A DNA stretch of 64,000 nucleotides, taken from NCBI GenBank assembly GCA_963743305.1, contig CAVUPH010000042.1:82018-146017 (forward strand). The letters run 5' to 3'. Below the pieces are notes generated by a model. The model ran no database searches and was not told the DNA's origin. It was given only the letters and a program-made list of their open reading frames with translations. This stretch comes from an uncultured delta proteobacterium (lineage in GTDB: Bacteria > Desulfobacterota > RBG-13-43-22). A program made the translations under genes and the position numbers. Positions 1 through 10,913 of the stretch are shown here, piece by piece (position 1 is the first letter of the stretch; each line of letters starts with the position of its first letter).

Positions 1-1807
1 GGAGAAAAATCCCCGGGAGATCGGGCTGCTGTTCAAAGAGATGCTGATCGGAGTCACCAATTTTTTTCGCGATCCGGAGGCCTTCGAACTCCTTAAGGAA
101 AAGGCTGTTATCCCGCTGCTGCAAGGCAAGGAAGAGGGCGGCGTCCTGCGGGTTTGGGTCCCGGCTTGTTCCACCGGGGAGGAAGCCTACAGCCTGGCGA
201 TCCTGATAAGGGAATGCCTGGATCAGAGGCCTCTTTCAAACGTCAAGGTCCAGATCTACGCCACCGATATCGACCCGGAGTCCATCACTTTTGCCCGGCA
301 TGGCCTTTATCTGACCAATATCGCCGCCGACGTTTCAGAGTTTCGGCTGCAACGGTTTTTCATTAAAGAGGGTACCCATTTCCGGGTCCGTCAGGAAATT
401 CGGGATATGGTGGTATTTGCACCCCAAAACCTGTTGTCCGATCCGCCCTTCACCAAACTGGATCTGCTAAGCTGCCGAAACCTGTTGATTTATTTCAACA
501 GCGCCGCCCAAAAAAAAATCCTGCCTCTTTTTTACTACGCCCTGTTGCGGGGAGGGATACTTTTTCTGGGGCCTTCGGAAACCATCTCGGGCTATAACGA
601 TCTTTTTAACCCGGTGGATTCCAGATGGAAGATTTACAGACGTCGAGAATCCCTATCGGCCACGATGGCTCTCCCCGATTTTCCGGTCCGGGTCTTTTCC
701 CGGGAAATGACCAAGGTGCGAAAACCGGAAAAACGACCGTCGAATGTTCCTTTGTCTCTGTCGGAAATTCTTCAGGCGTTTATCGTCAGCCACCTGGCCC
801 CGCCCGTAGTCGTCACCAATGAAAATGGGGACCTTTTATTCTCCACGCAGCGGGTCGGCAGGTACCTCGAACCCCCGGTTGGCCGGGCCAGCCTCAATGT
901 CTTCGACATGGCCCGGGAAGGGTTGAAACTGGAACTTTCGGTGGCGGTCCGGAAAGCCATCACCCAGCAAAGTGAAATTCGGGTGAGGGACATCATCATT
1001 AAAACGAACGGGGATCGGGTGAAATTTAATTTGACGGTCAAGCCGCTTCCGGTCCCAGAGGCGCCCTCGGGACTTTTGATTATCGTCTTCGAGGAAGTGC
1101 CGTTTAAGCTCCCCAAGAAAAGAACCAAATCCCAGTTGGGAAAAGATGCCGACGGGGACAGCCGGATCAGCGAGTTGGAAGGGGAACTCCGAAATACCAA
1201 AGAGAGCCTGCAGACGGCCATCGAGGAGATGGAGACTTCCCAGGAAGAACTGAAGGCGACCAACGAAGAACTGCAGAGCACCAACGAGGAGCTGCAGAGC
1301 GCCAATGAGGAACTGCAAAGCTCCAACGAGGAACTGAATACCTCCAAGGAGGAGATGCAGTCCCTTAATGAAGAGCTGATGACGCTCAATGCCGAACTGC
1401 AGACGAAAAACGATGAATTTCTGATGGCGAACAATGACCTGCGGAACCTGTTGGACAGCACCCAGATCCCCACGGTCTTTCTGGACCATAACCTGAATAT
1501 CAAGCGATTTACCCAACAGGCCACCATGATTTTCAAGCTGATCCCCACGGATACCGGGAGGCCGATCACCGACATCGTTTCCAGGCTGCAATACGGGACC
1601 CTGGCGCAAGATGTGCGCACCGTGCTGGACAGCCTGGTCCTCGAGGAGAAACAGGTCCAGGCCAACGACGGACGCTGGTATACGATGAGGATCATGCCCT
1701 CCCGGACCCTGGAGAATAAGGTTGAAGGAGTGGTCATTACCTTCACCGACATAACCGAAATAAAACAAATGAAAGAGAGCGTCAAACGCGCGAAGGTCGG
1801 CGGTTGA
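1..1807 (+). CDS. CheR-type methyltransferase with coiled coil and PAS domain (CheB/CheR fusion type), 5' end outside window
   Basis: LIGVTNFFRD, RVWVPACSTGEEAYS, YATDID, DPPFTKLDLLSCRNLLIY motifs; EELQS(T/A/S)NEE heptads; C-terminal PAS. Confidence 0.9.
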   Translation, partial: EKNPREIGLLFKEMLIGVTNFFRDPEAFELLKEKAVIPLLQGKEEGGVLRVWVPACSTGEEAYSLAILIRECLDQRPLSNVKVQIYATDIDPESITFARHGLYLTNIAADVSEFRLQRFFIKEGTHFRVRQEIRDMVVFAPQNLLSDPPFTKLDLLSCRNLLIYFNSAAQKKILPLFYYALLRGGILFLGPSETISGYNDLFNPVDSRWKIYRRRESLSATMALPDFPVRVFSREMTKVRKPEKRPSNVPLSLSEILQAFIVSHLAPPVVVTNENGDLLFSTQRVGRYLEPPVGRASLNVFDMAREGLKLELSVAVRKAITQQSEIRVRDIIIKTNGDRVKFNLTVKPLPVPEAPSGLLIIVFEEVPFKLPKKRTKSQLGKDADGDSRISELEGELRNTKESLQTAIEEMETSQEELKATNEELQSTNEELQSANEELQSSNEELNTSKEEMQSLNEELMTLNAELQTKNDEFLMANNDLRNLLDSTQIPTVFLDHNLNIKRFTQQATMIFKLIPTDTGRPITDIVSRLQYGTLAQDVRTVLDSLVLEEKQVQANDGRWYTMRIMPSRTLENKVEGVVITFTDITEIKQMKESVKRAKVGG

Positions 1808-1944
1808 AGGTCAACGCTTCACCGGCGACCTCAACCTCCCGGGAGGGGAAGATCATAGCCAGGGTCTTATCTGAAACCTTATGATATGGCTCTATTATGA
1901 GACTGTTAATAAATGCGTCCCCAAAAACCTGATCGAGGAAAGCC

Positions 1945-4900
1945 ATGAAGAGCAAAAAAACAATCCCAACCGTGAAGCAGCCTCCCCTCGGCCCGGATTT
2001 GCGTCAGCGGGCCGAGGTCCTGATAGAGCAAAAGGGTGGGCTGTCGGCCGGCGAAGATTCCCCCGATTACCGCTTGACGCTTCAAGAGCTGCAGATTCAC
2101 CAGGTTGAATTGGAACTGCAGAACCAGGAGCTCCATCAGGCCCATCTGGAAGCCGAACTGGCCCGCCGGAAATACTTCGAACTCTATGATCTGGCGCCGA
2201 TCGGGTATGCCTCCTTTAATGAAAAAGGGGCAATCCTGGAGATCAACCTGGCCGGGGCCCAACTCCTGGATCAGGAGCGGAGGTTCCTGATCGACCGGCG
2301 ATTTCAATTATTTCTAGCTCCGGAAGCGGTCCCGGCCTTTAACCGGTTCATTCAGGAGGTATTTTCATCCGGCCGGCGACAAATCTGTGAAGTGGCCCTG
2401 GTCAAAAACGGGGGCCATCCGACCATGGTGCGCCTGGAAGGGGTCAGAATGGAGTCCGGGGAAGTGAATAAGCCTTTCTGCCAGGCCGCCTTTTTGGATA
2501 TCACCGAGCAGAAAAAGGCGGAAAGGGCCTTGGTGGATACCGTTGAGCGCTACCAGTCCTTGGTCCAGGCCCTTCCCGGTGTCATTTTTGAGACCGACGC
2601 CCTGGGGAATAACACCTTTATCAGCGACCGCTGGACTCAATGGACCGGTATGACCCGGGAGGAAACGGTCGGCCAAGGATGGCGAAAGGCCATTCCTGCC
2701 GAGGATGCAGAGGCGGAAGCAAATCGCTGGAGAGAATCGGTGCGCACCGGTCAGCCCCTGAGCTACCAGGCCCGTATTTGCAACACGGACGGCCTATCCC
2801 GGTGGGTTTTGCTGCGGGCCATGCCGTCCCGAGACAGCGAAGGAAATATCACCCGTTGGACGGGGACCTTGACCGATATCAACGACCTGATCGAGACCCA
2901 GGAGGCCCTGCAGGCCAAAGAGGCCGAACTTTCGCTGATCATGGATGCGGTCCCGGCCCTGATTGCCCATGTCGATGCCGATGGCCGCTATCTCCGGGTC
3001 AATCGAAACTACGCCCATTGGTTTGGTTCCACGGTCGAAGAAATTCAGGGAAAGCGGATGAGCGATGTTCTCGGGGAGGACCAATGGAAACAAATCGAAC
3101 CCTGGGTGCAAAAAGTCCTGTCCGGGGAAACGATCACCTACGAGCGCCAACTGCCGTTTCAGGGAGGTGCTCGCCGCTGGATCCGAGCCAGTTACACTCC
3201 CGACGTTAACGAAAGAGGCCGGATCAAGGGCTTTGTGGTCCACGTCATCGATATCGAGGATATCAAAAGGGGCGAGGAGGCATTGGGAATATCCGAAGAA
3301 AATTATCGCCGCATCCTGGAGACGGCCAATGAAGGCATTGTCATCGGATCGTTGAGCGGAAGAATGGACTTCATTAACCAGAAATGGGCGGACATGCTGG
3401 GTTATTCGAAAGAGGAACTGATCGGCCAAATCGGTCTGGATTTCATGGACGAAGACCAGAAAACTATGGCCTTGGATACGAGAGAAAAATTGTTAAACGG
3501 GGAACGGGTCACCCTGGAATACAAATTTCGGCGGAAGGATGGCTCCGAGTTATGGACGCTTTGCAGTGCATCCCTTTTTAAAGACGCAGGAGGGGAACAA
3601 TTCAGGGTACCTGGGCATGCATGTCGACATTACCGATCGAAAAAAAGCCGAGCAAACGCTTCGCGAAAGCCTGGAGCGACCTGAACCGGGCCCAGGCCGT
3701 AGCCCACACGGGGAGCTGGCGGCTGGACATTCAACACAATGAACTGCATTGGACCGAAGAAACTCACCGCATCTTTGGAATTCCCTCGGGGACAGGGCTG
3801 ACCTATGAGGGTTTTTTGGGGACCATTCATCCGGATGATCGGTCCTATGTGGAGCGGAAGTGGATGGCGGCCCTCGACGGGAAACCCTACGATATCGAAC
3901 ACCGGATTGTGGCCGACGGAAATATAAAATGGGTGCGCGAGCGGGCTGAACTGGAATTTGACGCGGAAGGAGGCCTTCGGGGAGGCTTCGGGACCGTCCA
4001 GGACATAACGGAGCGAAAAGAAACCGAGGAGAAGCTAAGGAAAAGTGAAACCCGTTTTCAGTTGCTCGCAGTAACGGCCGGGGCGCTCCTGGCTTCGCCA
4101 TCACCTCAGCAGGAGGTGGAGGAACTCTGCACCCGGGTGATGGAATATCTGGATTGTCAGGTTTTCTTCAATTTTTTGGTCGACGAACCTCGGGGGCGTC
4201 TCTCACCTGAATGCCTACGCCGGAATTCCTGAGGAAGAAGCTCGGAAGATCGAATGGCTCGATTACGGGGTGGCTGTTTGCGGCTGTGTGGCCCGGGACC
4301 GAGCAGCGGCTCATAGCCGAAAACATCTTCCAGCAGCCCGATATTCGAACGGACCTGGTCCGGAGCTTTGGCGTTCAGGCCTACGCCTGCCACCCGATTA
4401 TGGCCGGGGATCGTCTGCTGGGCACCCTGTCTTTCGGGACCAAGACCCGATCCTCTTTCTCACCCCGGGATCTGGAGCTGATGAAAACCGTAACCGATCA
4501 GGTTGCGACGGCCATGGAAAAAGTTCGACTGCTGGAGGAGATCCAGGCCGGCCGGGACGAAATGGAGCTGCGGGTCCAGGAAAGGACGGCTGAGTTGTTG
4601 GAAGCCAATCAACGCCTGGCGGAGCAATCCCGCATGCTGGAATCGTTTTTTAAGGACACCATTACCCCCCTGATTTTTTTGGACCGGGATTTCAACTACA
4701 TCCGGGTCAATGAGGCCTACGCCCGGACCTGCCAGCGGGCGGTAACCGATTTCCCCGGACACAACCATTTCGAGTTCTACCCCCACGAGGAAAATGAAGC
4801 TATTTTCCGAAAGGTGGTGGAAACGGGGATCCCTTATCAGGCCCTGGCCAAACCCTTTTCATTCCCGGATCATCCGGAGTGGGGAGTAACCTACTGGGAT

Positions 4901-5707
4901 TGGATCCTAACCCCCTTGCCGGACGATCGGGGTGAAACGGCCTTCCTGGTTTTCTCCTTGGAGGAAGTCACCGATCGCCAGGTGGCCGAGGAGGCGTTGC
5001 GTCTGTCTGAACGGGAGCTTCGAACCCTGGCCGGTCAGCTTTTATCTGTGCAAGAAAATGAACGCAAGAAGATTGCCCGGGATATGCATGACGGTTTAGG
5101 GGCTTCCCTGAGCGCCATCAAATACAAAATGGAGGATCTGATTCATAAGTTACCTGATCAGGATCTGCGGCAAATTGGAGAAACCATGAACTCTCTGATT
5201 CCAATCATTCAGGGGATCATCGGGGAATCCAGGAGGATGCAGAATGATTTACGGCCTCCTCTTCTGGATGATCTGGGGATTCTCCCCACCCTAACCTGGT
5301 ATTCTCGGGAATTTCAAAAGATATATACCGATATAGCGATAGAACAGCGGTTGGAAGTCCGGGAGGAGGACGTGCCGAATACGCTGAGGGTCGTTATTTT
5401 TCGGATAACCCAGGAGGCCCTGAATAATATCGGGAAGCACTCCCAAGCCACTCATATCCGGATTTCCCTGACCCGGGAGCGGAACCAACTGAGGCTGGCA
5501 GTAGAAGACGACGGGATCGGATTTGATTTTCAGCGAAGCACTATATTGGACTCCCATCCAATGGGGATGGGTCTTTCCAGTATGAAGGAGCGGGCGGAAC
5601 TATCCGGAGGATCTTTTTCCGTTAAATCGCACCCGGGACAAGGTGCGGTGATCGAAGTCTCCTGGCCGTTGATCAGTGGGCAGGGGACGGCGGAAAAGGC
5701 TGAATAA
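1945..5707 (+). CDS. Multi-PAS/GAF sensor histidine kinase (HisKA_3 type), interrupted by 4 apparent +1 frameshifts (~3590, ~3675, ~4203, ~4299)
   Basis: PAS repeats in ORFs 1945, 3539 and 3621; GAF in 4211/4270; ERKKIARDMHD H-box; QEALNNIGKHS and DDGIGF boxes; frames join into one protein. Confidence 0.85.
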
Positions 5708-5838
5708 TACGTTTTTGGTTGTATTTTTCAACCTTTTGGTTAGAATCTCCACCAATTGGTTTTTGATAATTTTAACCGGTGTAATCCGTGACCCCGAAAT
5801 TTTTAGCCCGAGGTATTCCATACTGCCTGGAGGGGAAT

Positions 5839-6501
5839 ATGTCCACCGATGATAAAAAGGGTATTCTTATCGTTGAAGACCACACCATCCTTCGTGAAGG
5901 GTTGCGACTCCTACTTTCCTCCCATCCGGACCTGAATATTCTCGGTGAGGCCAGGGACGGCCGCGAAGCGATTTGGCTTGCGGAGAAGTTTTCCCCGGCC
6001 CTGATTCTTATGGACTTGTCCATGCCGCGCATGGGCGGGGTAGAGGCCACCCGGGAAATTAAGAAGCGGTGGCCGGAGATAAAGATCATCGCCCTGACGG
6101 TCAATGATTCAGAGGAAGCGGTGCTGGCCGCTCTCAAGAATGGGGCCGACGGGTATATCTTGAAGGATGCCACCCGGGCCGAATTGATCCAGGCCATCGA
6201 TAGCGTCCTGGCCGGGAAACGGGTGCTCAGTCCAACTATATCGGATAAGGTGATTGAGGGATATCTGGCGGGGAAAAAAGAACAGCCTCTTCAGACCCGT
6301 TGGGAAATCTTGACCAACCGGGAAAAGGAGATCTTGAAATTGATCGGCGAGGGGCATACCAGCAAGCAAATGGCCGATGACCTCTGCATCAGCCTCAACA
6401 CGGTGGAGAAGCATCGGTCGAACCTGATGGAAAAACTGGATTTGCACTCCATTGCCGCTTTGACCTCCTATGCCCAGGAAAAAGGGCTGCTCGTCAAATA
6501 A
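5839..6501 (+). CDS. NarL/LuxR-family response regulator
   Basis: IVEDH...MDLSMP receiver plus LTNREKEIL...TVEKHRSNLMEKL HTH; GGAGG RBS before ATG 5839. Confidence 0.93.
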   Translation: MSTDDKKGILIVEDHTILREGLRLLLSSHPDLNILGEARDGREAIWLAEKFSPALILMDLSMPRMGGVEATREIKKRWPEIKIIALTVNDSEEAVLAALKNGADGYILKDATRAELIQAIDSVLAGKRVLSPTISDKVIEGYLAGKKEQPLQTRWEILTNREKEILKLIGEGHTSKQMADDLCISLNTVEKHRSNLMEKLDLHSIAALTSYAQEKGLLVK

Positions 6502-6655
6502 GACAACCTCGCAAAAAGTCCAAAAACCTGTCATTGCGACCCCGGACTGATCCGGGGAAGCAATCCCCGCCATGGCAACTAACTGATTCTTGGGGATTGC
6601 TTCGTCGCTTCCCTCCTCGCAATGACAGCACTGGCGACTTTTTGCGAAACCATCA
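6501..6655. mobile_element. MITE family A copy 1
   Basis: Ends GAC.ACCTCGCAAAAAGTC / GACTTTTTGCGAAACCATCA; 4-bp direct repeat AATA on both sides; near-identical to 8439..8594. Confidence 0.8.
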
Positions 6656-6885
6656 AATAAGATCGAATTCCAAAAACCGTCATCGGTCGCAGGGATGTTC
6701 GTCCTGTCTATCTACCTTATAGTACAATATTTTATCGTTACTTCCCTGCCGGGAATGACCGCCGGGGAGACTTTCCATCGAATCCTGCCCGCTAACCGCC
6801 TTGGATTTTTTTTTCTACCCGACCGACCGGTCTCAAAGGCCCAGCCGGGCCTCTTTCCAAAAATACTGTTTAATTCAAAGAAAAA

Positions 6886-6901
6886 TTACGGTTTGCCGTA
6901 A
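6886..6901. promoter_or_regulatory. Palindrome TTACGG-N4-CCGTAA upstream of hsp20, possible regulator site
   Basis: Perfect 6-bp inverted repeat in an AT-rich intergenic region. Confidence 0.35.
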
Positions 6902-7023
6902 TGGTTTAAAAAAAATCGGTGCTTAGAATTATAGTTATAATAACGCCCGGGAGAATTTGGAAGGATGTTTTCTGAAGGACCCTGCCGAGCGAACAAAATG
7001 TCCCTAAAAAAGGAGGAACTGTT

Positions 7024-7473
7024 ATGAACATGCCCTTGATTAAAAGAGAGAGAAGGCCATGGTGGGTTTCGCCATGGGGAGACGAAGCCCTGGGAGACGT
7101 TTGGTCGGACCGCCTCTTTCCGATATGGCCCAGGATGAAGGGAGAAGAATGGGTCCCCACCTTTAACTTCTTTGAAAAAGATGGGAACTATCAATTAGAG
7201 GCCGAAATTCCGGGAGTCAAGAAAGAAGATATCTCCGTGACGATCGACAGAAACGTCCTGACCGTCAGCGGGAAAAAGGAATCCACGACCGAGGAGAAAG
7301 AGGCCAATTATTATTTGAAGGAATCATCCTACGGTTCTTTTTCCAGGAGCATCCGATTGCCCGGTGAAGTCGAAGAAGGGAAAGTGCAGGCCAATTTTCA
7401 AAACGGGGTCTTAAAAATGACCCTGCCCCAGAAAAAGGCGATCGAATCGAAACAAATCAAAATCGAGGGTTAG
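7024..7473 (+). CDS. Hsp20/alpha-crystallin small heat-shock protein
   Basis: AEIPGV, ESSYGSFSRSIRLP, A.FQNGVL motifs; AGGAGG RBS. Confidence 0.93.
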   Translation: MNMPLIKRERRPWWVSPWGDEALGDVWSDRLFPIWPRMKGEEWVPTFNFFEKDGNYQLEAEIPGVKKEDISVTIDRNVLTVSGKKESTTEEKEANYYLKESSYGSFSRSIRLPGEVEEGKVQANFQNGVLKMTLPQKKAIESKQIKIEG

Positions 7474-7476
7474 CTT

Positions 7477-7665
7477 TTGGGAAACCTGCAGATCGTCTCT
7501 CAACGCAGCGAGTCCTTTCTCAGTAGGGTGGAGGCCGGACGTCTGCTGGCGCGGGAACTCGATTCCCTGCGGGGCCGGAACGCCGTCGTTCTGGGTATCC
7601 CCCGCGGGGGGATTATTGCCGCGGGGGAACTGGCGATAGCGCTGGACGGCGATCTGGAGGAATAG
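7477..7665 (+). pseudogene. Truncated phosphoribosyltransferase-like N-terminus
   Basis: SRVEAGRLLA...VVLGIPRGG motif; stops after about 62 aa at the convergent ferredoxin. Confidence 0.65.
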
Positions 7666-7672
7666 CCGAACC

Positions 7673-7870
7673 TCAAAGCTCCTCCTCCCAATGGATACAA
7701 GAGACGGGGCAGGCCACCATGGCCTCTTCGACACAGCCTTTCGCCCCGCCGCCCTCGGGGGAAATGACCTCCGCCTTCCTTTTCATTTCGTCCATCCGGA
7801 AGATCTCCGGGCATAATTCGGCGCAGGTCTCACAGCCGATGCACACGGCTTCGTCGATAAAGACCTTCAC
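7673..7870 (-). CDS. Single-cluster ferredoxin
   Basis: CIGCETC...CP and distal ACPVSCI. Confidence 0.88.
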   Translation of the reverse strand: MKVFIDEAVCIGCETCAELCPEIFRMDEMKRKAEVISPEGGGAKGCVEEAMVACPVSCIHWEEEL

Positions 7871-8045
7871 GGGTCACCTCGCCCGGAAGGACATTGTTGC
7901 CCGGCCCAGGGGTCTTCCCGGCGGCTGGGCCCGACCTGACCTTTTCAGGCCATCCCTGGTGATCACTCCAAAGGGTAAGATCGGACTTGCCCCCAGGGAA
8001 CCGTTGACATTCCCGGCAGACCAGGAGGCGCTGCTCGCAGCCATT

Positions 8046-8390
8046 TTATTTTGAGGCGGCGGGGGAATATACTTGCAGGCCCTTGGCATCCTTGATGGCC
8101 TTAAAACGGACATAATGCTCATGAATTCGATGCCTGAGGCTTTTCAGCCGCTTCGAATAAGCCTCGGATGAACCCCGGGGCTCACTGATGGAAAATACAA
8201 AATTCGACAGGTCGTCCATGACATGTTCAATCGCGACCGCCCATTCACCGGTGACTTGAGAAGACATCTGCTCGGCCTCGGTCAGTTTTTCATCGAGCAT
8301 CCGGATGGAATTTTCGAGACCGTCCATAAAATTTCCCCAGGCATCATTGACGCAACAAACCAGATCGTTACATTCCATCATTTGAGTCAT
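8046..8390 (-). CDS. Hypothetical helical protein
   Basis: AGGAGG RBS; plausible composition; co-oriented with the ferredoxin. Confidence 0.65.
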   Translation of the reverse strand: MTQMMECNDLVCCVNDAWGNFMDGLENSIRMLDEKLTEAEQMSSQVTGEWAVAIEHVMDDLSNFVFSISEPRGSSEAYSKRLKSLRHRIHEHYVRFKAIKDAKGLQVYSPAASK

Positions 8391-8438
8391 GAGCTTCCTC
8401 CTTGCTCTTTAGGTTAAAATAAATAAAAGGATTATTCT

Positions 8439-8594
8439 TGACGACCTCGCAAAAAGTCCAAAAACCTGTCATTGAGACCCCGGACTTGATCCGGGGAAGC
8501 AATCCCCACCATGGTAACTAGCTGATTCTTGGGGATTGCTTCGTCGCTTCACTCCTCGCAATGACAGCGCTGGGGACTTTTTGCGAAACCATCA
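8439..8594. mobile_element. MITE family A copy 2
   Basis: Same ends and interior as 6501..6655; 4-bp direct repeat TTCT on both sides. Confidence 0.8.
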
Positions 8595-8637
8595 TTCTTT
8601 AGCTTTAAGCAATGGATAACGAATTCGAAGCGGTATT

Positions 8638-8829
8638 TCAAATTTCCTTCAACAGCAGCAACAGATTGTCCTTTAAGAGATACCTTTCCGGCACGGCGCT
8701 GAAATTGCTTTGGTATTCGCTTCGTCTCGGGCCGGGATTCGGCGCCATTTCCGTTATTCCTTCTCCTTCCAAAAAATTCAAGGTCTGGTCATACAACTTT
8801 TCTACGTCGCGAACGGCATCCGGTCTCAT
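8638..8829 (-). CDS. Small hypothetical protein
   Basis: GAGGAG RBS upstream; third gene of a small-ORF run. Confidence 0.45.
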   Translation of the reverse strand: MRPDAVRDVEKLYDQTLNFLEGEGITEMAPNPGPRRSEYQSNFSAVPERYLLKDNLLLLLKEI

Positions 8830-8860
8830 GGATACTCCTCCTCTCTATATTCTTTGTGGA

Positions 8861-9076
8861 TCAATCCGGGATTTTTTTGTAGCCGGTCCAGCGTTGAAAG
8901 CGGCCGATCTCCTTCCCCAATTCCTCGGTCAGGGGAGACCCGTGCGACCGGGCCAGGGTCTTATACAGTTCGATGGCCGGTCCGGCCAGCAGATCCTGGG
9001 CCCGGAGAATAAAGACGGGTTCCCGCTCCCCGATTTTAGGGATATCAATTGGGCCGTACTTGCCAGAGATCGCCAT
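8861..9076 (-). CDS. Small hypothetical protein (EPVFILRAQD motif)
   Basis: AGGAGG RBS; globular-looking 71 aa. Confidence 0.65.
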   Translation of the reverse strand: MAISGKYGPIDIPKIGEREPVFILRAQDLLAGPAIELYKTLARSHGSPLTEELGKEIGRFQRWTGYKKIPD

Positions 9077-9320
9077 GGAAATCCTCCTTGTTCAATTGTT
9101 CAACCGGCAGAGCGGGTCCGGATTTAACGGAAGGCGGCTGGTCCTTTAAGATGGCCTTTTGGTGCGGCTCCGAGAGGATCAGATCAAAAGCTTCTGTTTT
9201 AAGAAGATTGATAGCCGTCTCCAGGGGAACCGAGCTCCGGATGGTGGACCCCGGACGGTAGACCAAATAGGTTACCTCGTATTCGGGATCGATATGCAGG
9301 ATTTTAATCGTACGTGACAT
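9045..9320 (-). CDS. Small protein resembling a degenerate receiver domain
   Basis: KILHID...AINLLKTEAFDLILSE pattern; AGGAGG RBS. Confidence 0.55.
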   Translation of the reverse strand: MSRTIKILHIDPEYEVTYLVYRPGSTIRSSVPLETAINLLKTEAFDLILSEPHQKAILKDQPPSVKSGPALPVEQLNKEDFHGDLWQVRPN

Positions 9321-9458
9321 GATTCGGCCTCCTTTAGCTAAAAGAATACCGAAGCCAGGGCTTGAAGGGAATAGGGGGAAACCGTAGTTTCTTAAAAAAA
9401 AAGACAGTATTTTTATGGCCGGGAGACCATTATTCGAGGTCGGGGGTCTGAGGACCGG

Positions 9459-10901
9459 TTAGCCGGCGCTCACGTTTCGGGAAAGATCGATAATCTCGAG
9501 TCGGTTGTTGGCCTCGGGGTATTTGGAGGAGGGACCTTCGGTCAGCAAGGCCAATCGGCCTTCGATCCCCTGGGACTTAAGCCAGGAAGATACATAATGG
9601 TTCCAGTTTTCCGGGTGCTTGGCTTCCAGCAGCGGGTAGACCCCGGAAGAAAACTGCAACTGCTGACAGGTGGTTTCCTGGGAGGAAACGGCAATGATCC
9701 AGACCGGCGGGCGAAAGCGGGCGATACTTCTGGCCGTGTCTCCGCTGTGGGTGGGGACAAAGACGGCCGCCGGGTCCGCATACTGGAGAACGGCCTCTAC
9801 CCCCAGTTCGATCAGTTTGGCCGGAGGCATCCGGCCCGGAAGGTCGGCGCCCCGGAAGATTTTTTTTACCTTGAGAGGCACTCGGTAGGGCTCGATAGCC
9901 GCGGTGATCTTCGCCAGCATGGCCACCGCCTCCACCGGGAAACCGCCCAGGGCCGACTCACCGGAAAGCATGACGCCGTCCGTTCCGTCCAGAACGGCGT
10001 TGGCCACGTCGGTCGCCTCGGCCCGGGTGGGGCGGGGGTTGGTGGTCATGGACTCCAGCATCTGGGTGGCCGTGATCACCGGCCTGGCCTCCAGAAGGGC
10101 CTGGCGCATGACCTCTTTCTGGACCACGGCGATCTGCTCGATGGGCAGTTCCACGCCGAGGTCTCCCCGGGCGATCATCAGACCGTCGGCCGTGGCGATG
10201 ATCCCCTCCAGATGCTGGAGGGCCCTCGCCCGCTCGATCTTGGCGATGATAAAAGGGCGGTAGCCGAGGGCCTCCGCCGACCGGCGCACCGCCTCGATAT
10301 CCGCCGCCCTTTCCACGAAGGACTGGCTCACCGCATCGACCCCGTTTTCCAAAGCGAATTTCAGGCAGGCCTGATCGTGCGGCGTAAAGGCGCTGATGCC
10401 CAGATCGATGCCCGGAAGGTTGAGCCCCTTGTGGGAACGCAGCTCTCCGCCCACGATGACCCGGCAGCGGACGTCGTTGCCCTGAATCCGATCCACCTCG
10501 AGTTGAATCAAACCATCGTTCAAATACAGGGTGTTACCCGGTTTCACCGCCTGAGGCAGGCGCGAAAAAGTGACCGAAACCCGGTGGAGGTCTCCGATCA
10601 CTTCATCCGTGGTCAGGGTGAAGAAGGCCCCCGGCTCCAGGTTTATCGGTTCCCGATCGAAAACCCCGATGCGCATCTTGGGCCCGGGAAGGTCGGCCAG
10701 GATAGCCAGACGGGTTCCGACGGTCAGGGCCGCGGCCCGGAGGTTCTCAATCACCTCCCGGTGTTCGGAAAAATCGCCGTGGGAGAAATTGATCCGGGCG
10801 ATGTTCATGCCGGCCCGTAACATCTTTTCCAGCACTTCCCGGGAGCGGGAAGCCGGGCCGATGGTACAGACGATCTTGGTTTTGTTCGGGGGCAAGGCCA
10901 T
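9459..10901 (-). CDS. pyk: Pyruvate kinase
   Basis: TKIVCTIGP, ARINFSHG, MIARGDLGVE, ATQMLESM, PTRAEATDVAN. Confidence 0.97.
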   Translation of the reverse strand: MALPPNKTKIVCTIGPASRSREVLEKMLRAGMNIARINFSHGDFSEHREVIENLRAAALTVGTRLAILADLPGPKMRIGVFDREPINLEPGAFFTLTTDEVIGDLHRVSVTFSRLPQAVKPGNTLYLNDGLIQLEVDRIQGNDVRCRVIVGGELRSHKGLNLPGIDLGISAFTPHDQACLKFALENGVDAVSQSFVERAADIEAVRRSAEALGYRPFIIAKIERARALQHLEGIIATADGLMIARGDLGVELPIEQIAVVQKEVMRQALLEARPVITATQMLESMTTNPRPTRAEATDVANAVLDGTDGVMLSGESALGGFPVEAVAMLAKITAAIEPYRVPLKVKKIFRGADLPGRMPPAKLIELGVEAVLQYADPAAVFVPTHSGDTARSIARFRPPVWIIAVSSQETTCQQLQFSSGVYPLLEAKHPENWNHYVSSWLKSQGIEGRLALLTEGPSSKYPEANNRLEIIDLSRNVSAG

Positions 10902-10913
10902 CGCGGGGCTCCC

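Noticed and set aside
1240-1400. 21-bp periodic repeats resembling an array
   Set aside because: They encode the normal EELQS(T/A/S)N coiled coil of CheB/CheR fusions; no spacers
9597-10820. Long antisense ORFs (also 772..1785, 49189..50025, 53166..54017 and others)
   Set aside because: Shadows of GC-rich real genes on the opposite strand; no motifs
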